Shown here: piece after piece, positions 37,955-56,082 of the stretch | How the letters are laid out: each line of letters begins with the position of its first letter | How positions within the stretch are numbered: the first letter of the stretch is position 1 | Assembly (NCBI GenBank): GCA_001179505.1 | Contig: CDMY01000055.1 | Span: forward strand, 1-64,000 | DNA: 64,000 nucleotides | Source of the DNA: Vitrella brassicaformis CCMP3155 | Taxonomy: Eukaryota; Protista; Chromerida | Direction: 5' to 3' | Notes under the pieces: generated by a model | The model's database searches: none | Seen by the model: only the letters and a program-made list of their open reading frames with translations | Told to the model about the DNA's origin: nothing | Program-made: the position numbers and the translations under genes

Positions 37955-39761
37955 TGGCGACTGACTGACGGGCGGCGGGTGCATGAGTAACTGAGAGACG
38001 CGAGTGGCTGGGCGGACTGACTGACTGACTGACAACCGATGGACAGACAGACAGACAGACAGAGGACAATCCATCCACTCATGCCATTCATTGAAGCCGG
38101 GGGTATCGGTCGGCAATTTCCGACCCGGATGGAAAGAACGCGCACAGACAGACAGACAGACAGACAGCCATGTGGGTGGGCATAAATCTAACGCACACAT
38201 AAAACCACACAAAGACAAACACACGGCCACGCACTTGTTCGTTCCGAGAGTTCCTTCCGAGAGTCCCGAGGCCATCGGTACGCACGAGCGGCGATGATGA
38301 GGGAGGAGACTGCGGACTGACATCCACTTGCGTCGTCTCTGATCGATGTCTTGTTGTTTATTGCCGGCGATGTGACTGATCCTTTCCACGTTGAGCCTGC
38401 CTGCTGTCCTCTGATGGGAAATCATCGAGTACAGTGGCTTCATCCCCTCCCCGCACGAGTGGTCGACGGGGCCCGGCCGGCGCGGCATCGCATTTCCCGA
38501 CTGACGAGAGGCGCCTGGCCTGGGATGCTTCGACGTCGTCCTGTGGCTATTGTCCTGTGGCGAAGGGAGGGGAGACATACACTGCACTCGATTGATTATG
38601 AGAGTGACTGTTTCCGTTCACACACAGACACACACACACACACACACACATACGAACAGCTGGGCAGGCAGGCAGCCAGGGAGATGGGAGGCACAACCCG
38701 GGAGAGTCCCTGGCCCGGCCCGGGGTGATCGATGTTTCTGCGGATGTCATGCGGGTGTCTCTGCCTCTCTGTCTGTGCAGTGGGTGGCGAGCCGGTCGAG
38801 TTAACGATGTGTGTGCGTGTCAGTGTGTTGGCCTTCCTCTCCACACTGAGAATTTGTCAACTGGATTGACTCTCAATGTCAGTGTGTCTCACAGGTGCCT
38901 TTGCAGTGAACTCAAGTCATTCCGTGGCAGCCAAGTCAGTCACACTCATGGCATTGCGGGATGCAACTAAGGAAACGCTCAGCAGACACCATGACAGACA
39001 GACAGACAGACACACCACACCACACCACACCCATGATATCATCTGTCTGTCTGTCTGTCTGTCAGGGTGCACCCACCCACCCTCCATTCATCCATCCGGC
39101 CATCCTTCAGTCACGGGAGGCTGACCTCCTGTCGGCCGTCGCACGTCCCCTCTGCCGCACGAAGGGATAGGAAAGGAAAGGACACACATCCATACGCACC
39201 ACTCGTGTCTTGTGTGTGACGGCATCGACTACAAGGCCTACCTGCGAAGGGTCGTTGGTTTGTGTCTTGTGTGTCGGCGGTGCTCGTCGAGTGGGATGGC
39301 GCCAAACCTAAAGCGATTGACATGACAACAGACAGACAGATGGAAACAGGTGAGTGAGTGAGGTGACAGCGATGCACATGTGTGCCTTTTGGGGGTGTGT
39401 GTGGGTGGATGTACCCTGTGAGTGTCATGCCCGCCCAGCAGTGTGCAGACGTATTTGGCGCGGATCGTTGCTGCACGGGCAGCACCCTCTTCCGCCTCCG
39501 CCACGCTGCCTCTCCTGAGGGCACGGGAGGAAAGGCACAGATACATCATCATACCCATGTTGTTTGTGTCTTCCCTATGTTGGCCCCCACTCACTCACCC
39601 TGATCTGCTTCGCCAGACGCTGCCTCTCCTGAACACATCGATGCATCCAGCCATCGTCTGACAATCCAATGAACATCCATTCAGTCACTCTGCAGTGCAG
39701 CCGTCGTCCGCCATGTACCCCTCCCTCATCACAATACATCACGGTCAAAATGGTCAACAGC

Positions 39762-39764
<3 letters not shown>

Positions 39765-39826
<62 letters not shown>
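39765..39826. repeat. (CT)n microsatellite downstream of profilin copy 2
   Basis: Direct inspection. The left arm has a (GGGA)-type tract at the equivalent site (about 7010-7050). Confidence 0.9.
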
Positions 39827-39830
<4 letters not shown>

Positions 39831-39837
39831 CCCGCCC

Positions 39838-40317
39838 TCATCCCCCATTTCCCTCGGTGGCTGAGAGGCCCGCCACGGCAGACACCTCCCACTGCGGCAG
39901 GTCACCTAGATGGGTCCTGAAGAACTTTACCAGCTGAGGTACCGCACGAGCAGACAGCACCGGCAGCGTGTAGGTGATCAGACAGAACAGCGCCTCCCCA
40001 CTGCGGCCCGTCCCCTTGGCCAGTGCGATGCCCTCTCCATACTCGGGGCCGCCCCGCCGACCGTACACGAGCGGCGGATGGAAGCGGTGTACTTCGAATC
40101 GCTCTCCCTCCAACACAAAGCCCGACCCGATGGTGGTGTCCCGGTCGTCCAGGGCGGTCAGGTAGGACCGAATCTCCGACTCCTGCACCGCGGCTGCACT
40201 GCTGGTCCGGGCGATGATGTGGCCCTTGCCGTCGAACACTATGGCGCGGGCCCACTCCTTCTGACTCTCCAACAGGCTCTGAAGCGACGGGGCAGTCGTG
40301 CTCGACGGTGCACTCAT
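39838..40317 (-). CDS. Profilin-like protein, copy 2 (intronless, 159 aa)
   Basis: Same protein as 6521-7000 except EAL vs EVL. Confidence 0.8.
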   Translation of the reverse strand: MSAPSSTTAPSLQSLLESQKEWARAIVFDGKGHIIARTSSAAAVQESEIRSYLTALDDRDTTIGSGFVLEGERFEVHRFHPPLVYGRRGGPEYGEGIALAKGTGRSGEALFCLITYTLPVLSARAVPQLVKFFRTHLGDLPQWEVSAVAGLSATEGNGG

Positions 40318-40569
40318 CGCTGAGGAGCTTCACGTCACTTTGTTCACCAGATCCTCAGAGTTTCCATAGCGTAGCTTTGCCTCGTCGTTTCAGCATCATT
40401 ATGCACGCCATCTCCGCCAGCAGCTCCATCCTGCCTCACTTCGAAGGGTGCTCCGATCGAACCCTACACCCCAAGCCCTGGACGCTGGACGCCAGCGACA
40501 CCGAGACGGACCTCTGGCAAGATCTGTGTTCTTGTGGCTCATGCTGAGGCTTCCCGACCCTTTATATCC

Positions 40570-42475
40570 ATGCATCTCGCCCCGCCGCCCTCGCAAAGGC
40601 ACACTCACCGACCGCCGACAACGCAGCAGCTGAAGAGGCACCCAGGAGGACGGCGCATTCTGCCAATACTTATGGCGGTGCTCAGCGTGATGGCGATGGT
40701 CGATGCCTCTAGGAGATCTCATGCGCATGGGGCATTCTCAGCCATTTCCAGCGGCCCTCTTGGCTGCAGGGCAGCCAGCCAACCAACGTCGCTCTCAGCC
40801 GCAGCAGGGCGGCGCTCACCGCCCACAGCGAGATCCATTGGCGGAAGGGGAGCTCAGAGAGGACGACGGCAGCCCTTCGGCAGACCACGTCGTGACAGCA
40901 ACTTCGATCCGACTGCGATGCGTGAGTTCTTTGTCCCTTGTGCGGCTGGCTTGGAGACCATTGTGGAGATGGAGATGAGGAGAATCACTGAACAGCTGGC
41001 TGGGGGCCGCGATGCTCTCGATGGCGGCTCTGTGGTGACGAAGCAGTCCAAGAGAGGGGTCACTCTGTGGGTCAGCAAGGACATCCCCGCCGCTGTGCAG
41101 CTGCCCTACTGGCTTACCGTCTGTCTGCGGACCGGCCAGCGTGTCCTCGAGCGCATCGACGGGCCAGTGGAGCTGAGGGAACGAGATGATCTGTGGAGCT
41201 GGGTCAACGCCATCGACTGGCGGCCTTACATGAGTGTCCAGGACACCCTCTCTGTGCAGGTGACTCTCGGCAATGACGTCCCATCAGACCTCAGGCACAC
41301 CCACTTCACCGCCCTCACCGTCAAGGACGCCATCGTCAAGCAGTTCCTCACCCGCGACAAGAGCGCCAGGCCGTCGGTGGACTTCGTCGACCCCGACCTG
41401 CCTCTGTTTGTTTACCTGCACCAGGGGAGGGGCACGCTGTATCGGGCCTGGTCGGGTGCAGGGAGTTTGCATAAGAGGGGCTACCGCAAGAAAATGCCCA
41501 AGGCGGCGCTGCGGGAGACTATGGCTGCTGGTGAGGGGAGGAGAGGGAAGGAAGCAAGCATCCATCAGCTAACCCCTGTCTGTGTGGACGTCAGGTATGT
41601 TGTATGTATCCCAGTGGGATCCGCAGTCGCGCCAGGTGCTCCTCGACCCCATGTGCGGCTCCGGCACGATCCCCATCGAGGCGGCCCTTATGGCAACCCG
41701 CCGAATGCCCGGCGTCGTCCGCCTCGAGACCTTCCTCGCAGACATGAACGTCGAGCCCTATCGGACGAAAGGGACCCGTGTCGCCCCAGACGCAGAGAGC
41801 CGGGCCGTCAGCCTCCTCACCCACCTTCATAGGACTTACGACGCGCCGCCGAGGCCCTCTCTTGGCGAGGACTGTCGGCACGATAATTATGGCGACGATC
41901 TGGATGGCGGTCTGTATGATTCGGATGGCGACAGTGTCATCAATGGCATGATGTCGCCTGTGGTGCGGCCTTTTCCCTTCTGCCGCTGGCCCGATTTCGA
42001 CGAGCCTGTGTGGCGGTCGGTGTTGCGGAAATGTGTTGAGGGCGAGAGGGACATAGCAGCAGAAGGGGCCGAGGCGCCTGTCATTATCTACGGCAGCGAC
42101 CGGCAGGAGGGCGCCATTGCGATGGCCCGCGACGCAGCGAGACGGGCTGGTGTGAGTGAGCACGTCCAGTTGTCCCACAACGACATTGCCCATCTGCAGT
42201 TGCCGCACCGCCACAAGCCCGACGTGATTGTGAGCAATCCGCCGTGGGACATTCGGCTGAACAGTGACGCCGGGGCGGCGTGGGAGGCGATGAGGGCGTT
42301 TGTGTGCGAGAGGGCGGGAGGGGGCCGGGCCTGGCTGCTGTGCGGGGGCGATGCACGAGACGAGCTGTTCGGTGCGATGCGCATGCGGGCGGCCAAGAAG
42401 CGGAGGATTGTGCAGGGCGGCGTTGAGATGAGCTTGAGGGCCTTTGACATTTGGGACCTACACAGAGACAGATAA
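40570..42475 (+). CDS. rlmL: THUMP-domain SAM-dependent RNA m2G methyltransferase (bacterial RlmL-like), probably plastid-targeted
   Basis: EFFVPCAAGLE, TALTVKDAIV, SLHKRGYR, AALRETMAAG|ML, LLDPMCGSGTIPIEAA, F.RWPDFD, IYGSD, VIVSNPPW. One intron. N-terminal hydrophobic ILPILMAVLSVMAMVDA followed by GAFS and an Arg/Ser-rich transit-like stretch. Confidence 0.85.
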
Positions 42476-43251
42476 CACAGACGCACAGACGGGAAAACAG
42501 AAAAGGACAAGGGTGGGAGGGGACTGTCCATGGTACATATTGGCTGCGTCGGTAGTATTTGTCATTTGTGGAGTGTGGTGTGCGCTGTATGCTCATACAT
42601 GTGTATTCTGCACATGGCTGAGACACCACCCGACTCATCGACCACACGTACGTGTTGGTCAGGCCGTCATTGTCCCTCCGCTTTCTGTGTCAGCCAGCAT
42701 AAGGAGCGAGGTGCCTCAGTGCAGTGTGACATCCGTTGTAGTGGGTTTACGTGTGTGTCCGTGGTTGAGAGTGTCAAGACGTGTGTATTAATGGCAGTTA
42801 GGGGGCACGACACAGATTGGGGAGGGAGGAACGTCGAGGGAACACGACGTGTAAGGGGTATGTATCTTGTTCACATCCGTGTGCAGTGTACACCCATTCG
42901 AATGTGTGTCTCACGCTCAACGGGGGCGTATGTCGGCACCGCTTCCGTGCGGCATGACTGCCTGCGTGTGGCTTCAATCATTGAAGACCCTGCAGCTGGG
43001 TGAGTGAAGATCCTGACAATATACACAGTTCAGCCATGCATGGCCATGGAGCAGCCACACACACACACACGGTCCATCCATCCATCCATCGATCCATCCA
43101 TCCTCGGCTATGTGCACACACATACACATACACCCAGACACACAGAGGTGTCCGTCCGTCCGTCCGTCCGTCCGACCCCCCACCCGTGACAACAGTGTTC
43201 ATCCTGCCTACACGTTCGAGCCTGCCTACGCCGGCCGCCCCGCCAGGCCAG

Positions 43252-44506
43252 TCAGTGCTGTTTCTTCTCCCTCTTCGCCGGCGGCTCGTCGTCCTCCCTC
43301 CCCTCCCTCTGGTACTCGGGCATGCCACTCAAATGGTGATGCGCCCACAGCGCCTCCTCAACACGCAACGCCGTCCACTCACACCCATCACCATCACTGT
43401 CAACCCCGTTGCTGTCAGGTTTTGATGTGGCCGCCTCAGCACGCAGCGCCGCGACCTTCTCGAGTATCCTGCCTACATCAACGAAGGATGAAAGAAACCA
43501 GACAGACACCTGGCTGCGTCCATCAATCCACTCATGTGTGTCAGCAACAGTCGCTCGCTTACTCACTGACTTACTCATGAATTTCTGGAACGTCTTGATG
43601 TCGTATTTGACAGCGAGACCCGGCACCCCCTGCACGGCCTCGTCCGACGTGAACGGCACTATGTCGGGTCGAACTACAGCTGACGATCGACACCACAACG
43701 ACCAACACACGAATTGACTGACCGATATTCAGCCAGCCAGCCCCTCCGTGCCATGTGTGTACCTGCAATGGCGCTTGCAGTTGCCGGGCCGACTCCCTTG
43801 AGCGACGTGAGGGTCTGCATGGCGTCAACTGACAGCCGCGTCGTCTGCGCCGCCTCGCCGCCCTCCTCTATCGCCCGCAGCTGCACAAACGCACGTTCAG
43901 TGGTCCTCTGCACGAGGAAGGCCCCGTTCGACGCCGCCAGCTTGCTCAGGTTGGGGCGGAATTTGCCCCTCGTGACCTTCCACTCAACCAGACGGACAAG
44001 CTCGTCACCGGCTGCAGGCAGACAGTCACACGCATAGGCACGCACCCGTGATCCAGTCTGAGTGTAAGTGTGTGCGGGTCTTGCAATGTGAGCGGCCTCA
44101 CTCATGTGCGGTGGGTCTCTGTCCTTGACAGATGGGATGAGCTCATCGCGATACCTGCGGCCACTCACGTCAAGTCAACAAACACATCAGACAGATGATA
44201 TGCAACGAGTGGCCTTTTCCTGCCTCACCATACCAGCTGTCGAGCGCCTTGGCCTTGCCCTGCTTGCAACCAATTTGCATCATCCATCATGGGTTCCGGC
44301 ATGCATATCAAAAGGATGAATCAAAGTGATCAAAGGCCTGCAGCCGAAGAGCACTGTCTGTCATGGCCTGGTCTCACCTGCTTGTAAGCGTCTATTGCGG
44401 CGCCGTACAGGTGCTTCCAGTGGCGCCACTCGGCCTCATCTGAGTCCCACAGGGACCTTCCTCCGTCAGCAGCCGCCTTGCTAGCAGCCGTTCTCTTCGG
44501 AGCCAT
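43252..44506 (-). CDS. HhH DNA-glycosylase-like protein of unknown function
   Basis: Spliced model MAPKRTAA...ALDSW|YRDELIP...ELVRLVEWKVTRGKFRPNLSKLAASN...LTSLKGVGPATASAI|...PFTSDEA...WTALRVEEALWA. The HhH motif is LKGVGPATA. Confidence 0.75.
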
Positions 44507-44921
44507 CCCCTCAGCTCCCTACAGGACCATCATCGAAGACATTTCCTTTCCGCCTCGACGCATGCTGCCCGCCTGCATGCAAGGTCACAAAGGAGCAAGA
44601 TCAATGGGAGATTCATCGATCCTTTGGTCAAAGTGCAGCTGCATTCCTCCGTGCCTACCGAAAGGATCTATTGCCGTTCCCTCTCCCCCCTCCTTTCAGA
44701 ATTCGACAAAGCTCGCCAATAAGCTCGCGTTTCTCTGGACCGCTCCTCTGGACTCGGAGCCTTTCCTGACGGATTTGTGTAGGATGGAGACCACACATGG
44801 CGGATCTGCCGCAAACGGCGAAGATCAGCGACACCCTGTCTGGTGCGATGAGTCATCTCAGTCGCGTCCTGCCTCTCCGCCCTTACGGCTTCCCCCTCCT
44901 CCCACCTTCGCCCTTCTCATC

Positions 44922-46281
44922 ATGACACTCCTGCACGTTCTCTGCCTGTCTATCGAGGCATCCGCCGCTGCCTTCGTCCCACCAACACCTTCGCTCGTGG
45001 CCGGCAGGAGGGGACCACCACCATTATCGAGGAGCAGGATCAGACGGCAGTCGAGCAGCCCGTTGTTCCCGTTGCCTGCGGACGGTCATGTGACGGCACT
45101 GTCGGTGGCGCGTGAGAGTCGGCCTTTGGGGAGTCGCGATCTGCGTCGGCTGCAGTGGCGCAGGAGGTGGCAGAACTTCTTTGCCTTGCCGCTCAACCTC
45201 AAGATAAAGGAGGCAGCTGGGTTCGTGTGGTGGCAGTTGAACAAGAAATGGGTCAAGGAAGCGGCCAGAAAACAACGTGAGCTACCAGAAGCAGAAGGAA
45301 GAAAGAGCACACCATACCATCAATGTGTGTGTGTGTGTGCAGGTCAGGATCGGATATTGAAGTTTTACAAGAAGATGGGCGCGCCGCGGTCGACCGACTG
45401 GAACACCATGAACGACCTGGTGGAGGAGAAGGCCAGCCAAATCGCCAACCCCAAGGACCGCCTCAAGCTCAAGGACGAGTGGTGGAGAGTATCCAACTAC
45501 GAGATCAGCGAAATGATGGCAGGTAGGCAACACAACATCCCCAACCCACCCACGCACACACACAACACCTATAAAGGTCCATCCATCCATCCATCCACTG
45601 ATCTGCTCAGCGTGGGAGTCTGGTGAGTTGGAGTTGCCCTCCGAGAAGGACCCCAAGTACTGGCGGGCGGAGGGCCGCAAACGGGGCTGGTCCGACGAAG
45701 TCATAGAGGAAAAGGTCAACCAGGTCATCGAAGACAACAAGCGACTAAAGTCATGGTTCCGCGGCGGCCGGATGCTGACGCGCTACAGCAAGTCCGTGGA
45801 GGGAGGCATCATCCAGTCGCCCAGCGCCAAGAGGGTGCGGACCTGCAGCAGTTACCTTCTGCCTCTGGTCGCCCTGGGCCTGTTCGTCCCGAAGCTGGCG
45901 GGGCCGTCCATGGCCCTCTCTGCCATACTCACTGCCGGACTCATTTCGGGCAGAGGCGCACCACCGGTGTGAATGTCACACCACACACCGCACAGCACAG
46001 AGAGACACGCCTGTGAGTGTTTTGGTGTGTGGCGCATGCAGGTCAAGAGGGACTCCCGCGGGCGCATCGGGGAGATCCGGGGGCCCAACCCGACGACCAT
46101 CATCCTGACGCTGTCTCTGATGATTTTTCACGCCCTGGTCGGCGCGTCGATAGCCACACTCGTGGTGCGGTTCGCGACGCTGCCCGAGTTCCTGCTGCCG
46201 GACTGCCTCACGGCGGGATTTGTCAACACAATGCTCTACCTGGCGGCACTCTACTACAAGACATATGTGCCCAGAAAGTGA
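44922..46281 (+). CDS. Putative plastid-targeted membrane protein with 3-4 C-terminal TM helices
   Basis: Signal peptide MTLLHVLCLSIEASAA, then an AFVPP cleavage-type motif and an Arg/Ser/Pro-rich transit peptide. Four exons. C-terminal hydrophobic helices. Weak, unverified resemblance to the DUF3353/CPP1 C-terminus. Confidence 0.7.
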
Positions 46282-46835
46282 TCACTTTGTCAGAGAGCTG
46301 GCAGAGTCTGATGGTGTCAGTCAGTCGGTGTGGTGGGCTTGGGGAGAAGGCAGGCAGAGAGACAGACAAACAGACAGTGGTTTAGAGGTTTTTTGATGTT
46401 TTGGTTGTGAGCTGATGGGCGGCCGACGATCTACCTGCGCACGAAAGAGTCTGCCCTCGTGTGTGTGCGCGTGTGTGTGTGTGTGTGTGTGTGTGTGGGC
46501 GTGTGGGTGGTTGGGTGGACGGCCGGACATTTGAATGCATCTAAGGATCTGATACGCCACAGCAGCACATGCACGCCATTACCTTGCTCAATCACGATTG
46601 AGTCAATTTGATCCCGAGCTGATTGTTGCACTTGAGGGGAAAGGGCAGTGCAGAGACGACCGGACCCAAATTTACGGGAGCAAATCGACCAGCGCTGGAT
46701 GTCAAGCAAAGATCTCTCGTCGTCCGCACACCAGTCGCAGAGCAAGTGCCAGCTATGCAGAGGTCCGCTGACTCGCCTCTCTTCACCACCACCTCCTCGT
46801 CTCAGCTCACCTGCCTGCTGCCATCAGTGCCGGTC

Positions 46836-48099
46836 ATGCAGGAGCACCAAGACACACACGCCAAGCGCGAAGGAGGCGTCATGCGATGGATCTTGGCTCT
46901 CGTCGGCGCGATGTTCGTCGCATCTATCGTGGCGGCGGCTTTTGGGATGGCCCACATCAACGGCACTGATGTGGACGCCTCTGACAGTGTCTTGTCGGGT
47001 GGGAGGCGTGCGCTGCGGTTCTCTATCGGCTTTGCGAGCGGGAGCGGTCGTGGCCGGTCGTCGGGTGTTGCGATCTCTGTCGGCGGGGGGAGATCAGCCG
47101 ATGTTGAAGAGGGAGTCGCTGCATGCCCTTCGGGGTACTCATTCGACGGCAGCAGGTACCTGCTAGGTTCACACACATACACGACGGGCAAGCGCATTGA
47201 GACGAGAATGTGCTGTGCTGTGCTGGCTGGATCACCGCACTTGCAGGTGTGTTCTCGGTGGCGTGCGCAAGCTCCACGGCCACCTGCGCCGCCTTCAGTA
47301 CGGCGGTGGTGGAGACGACAGTATGTTCGGCAGCATGATGGGCAGGGGTGGCGGCCGTGGTGGGATGGGCAGGGCCAACAGCTGCCCAACAGGCCAGACC
47401 TTCGTCAACGGCATGTGCCGGTCCACTATGAGGGGCGGGGGTCGGCAGCTGCAGTACTATGGCGGCGATGACACGACTCGTGCGCCGCCAACCTGCCCTG
47501 CTGGCACCTTCTACAACGGCATATTCTGTCAGCCATCGGCAGGCACCACCACCACCACCGAGAGCACCGAAGGCACAGGAGGCAATCGTCAGCTGCAGTA
47601 TGGTTCGTCAGGGTACGGGGGTGGCTCATCCGAGGCGGTCTACGTCTGCCCCGAGGGCATGGTCTTCGACGGCGTCGTTTGTCAGCCCGAGAACGACGAC
47701 ACGGCTGACGGAGGCACCAGGAGGAGGCAGCTCCAGTACGGCAGTCGAGAGAGCGGGTCGTCATCCGCCACATTCCCCGCGGCACAGGTGACGCGGACCT
47801 GCCCCGCCGGCACCTTCGACAACGGCATATTCTGTCAACCATCACTCGACACGACCAGCAGTGGCGAGGAGGACAACGGGGGCACCCGACGGTTGCAGTC
47901 GGCGCCGTCTGTCTGCCCGCCCGGCTTGGTCGTCACGGATAGCGGGTGTGTGTCAGCGACCGCTCAGAGGAGCCCAACACAGGCTGAGCGGCGCAACGAG
48001 GGAGGGGGGTTCTTCAGCAGCAGCTTCATCAGCAGCGGTGGCGGCGAGCTGGGCACCATCTCTCAGTCGCAAGCCGATGGCAACCTTGGTGGGTACTGA
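46836..48099 (+). CDS. Secreted Cys-repeat protein (oocyst/cyst-wall-protein-like CPxG-x7-C modules) with repeated RxL(Q) motifs
   Basis: Hydrophobic MRWILALVGAMFVASIVAAAF. One intron (about 47157-47246). Six C-x10-C modules: CPSGYSFDGSRC, CPTGQTFVNGMC, CPAGTFYNGIFC, CPEGMVFDGVVC, CPAGTFDNGIFC, CPPGLVVTDSGC. Confidence 0.8.
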
Positions 48100-49070
48100 C
48101 ATGACATGATGTGATGGACGATGGGTGGAGTGGAGTGAGGAGGGAGGGAGGAGGGGAGGGAGGGAGAGGCTGGCTGGTTGGCTGGCTGTAGAGCGCTGAG
48201 AGAGTGTTTGCCCATGCGAGAGAAGTACATGTATCTCTCGTTGTGCCAGTCTAGTCGATCCGCCAGGTTTTCTAGTCATCCTGGCATCTTCATCCGCTTT
48301 TTTGGCGCAGAGCGCGCGTGTACAGGCCGGCTGCCCCGCCAGATCTCCCTCCTCCCTCTGTCCGTGCTGTGTCTGTCCGTCTGATGGTTGATCGCACCCC
48401 CCGGTATCGCAATGCCAAGCATATGTCGAGGCAGTCTGTATGTGAGCACGTGTTTGTGCCTGTGAATGTGTTGTGTGGATACATGTCGCTCGCACCTCTC
48501 TGTTGTGGATATTTATGTACTTCTAGATTCGCCATGATGCGCGCGGAAGGATGGCTGGGTGGGGGAGGGATGGAGCGGCAGAGGAACGGTGTGTGTGTGT
48601 GTGTGGCGTGGGGTCGTTTTGCTCTGCGATGCAGAAGATCATGGGAGGTGGCAGACGTCCGGACGGTGTGCGATGTGTGAGTGTGTGTGTGACCCATGCG
48701 ACCGCCAATCTTTTTACCGATGGTTGCACTATGTCATGTATGACACGCCATGAGGGAAAGAGACTCGACGTTGAAAGTGCGATGCGAAGGAAGGTCATGA
48801 ATGGACGCGGCAATACCATGAAAGCGGCATTGGAATGCGATGAAGTATCCAGACATGATAAGTCTCCATCCATCATGTCTGGATCAATCGAGTTGCCACA
48901 CACAAACGACTGTGACACACCCAATGTGTCTCTGCGCACCGGTCCATGGCACGCTCTGTCGGTCTGTCTGTCTGCCACGGACGCGCTCCCTCACACCAGG
49001 CCACTGAGCTGCCCCGCCACACTGGCCAGCCTCCTTGCCTCTCTTGTCGATCGACCATTACACCACCACA

Positions 49071-55714
<6,644 letters not shown>

Positions 55715-56082
55715 CGCCGCCAAATCACCAAGGACAAAAGCAAGCTCAAGAACGAAGGCAGGGCCTGGGTTTGAGGTTTGAGGTTCTTGGCAAGGCCAAG
55801 AAGGGTGACGGCTGCGTGTGAAGACCGCAACTCATCACTCATAGTGTAGTCGCCGGCCTCTCCGTGTTGCTGAGAAGGACGGCAGGTCCGAGAGAATCGC
55901 TCATAGCTGTCTGTCTGTCTGTTTGGCGCATTCACGCCGACCGACAGACGGAGCCGCCTCACCGACGTGACTCGACGAGAGAACTAAGGTGAGCACGACA
56001 ATGGCCGCAGCCACTCATCACGATGGTGTAAGTTGCTCCGGCTCGCTGTGCCTGTGCCTGTGTGTGTGTGTTTGCTGCAGTC

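Larger units (their letters stand above)
31214..42565. repeat. Right arm of the inverted segmental duplication (probable source locus)
   Basis: See the left arm. The GATase-like gene reads uninterrupted across this arm's inner boundary. Confidence 0.95.

Noticed and set aside
4259-42565. Interpreting the inverted arms as terminal inverted repeats of a giant transposon, or as two haplotypes
   Set aside because: The arms consist of ordinary host genes and the spacer has no transposase. Multiple stops, indels and many synonymous changes exceed what allelic variation would plausibly give, though this needs read-level confirmation.
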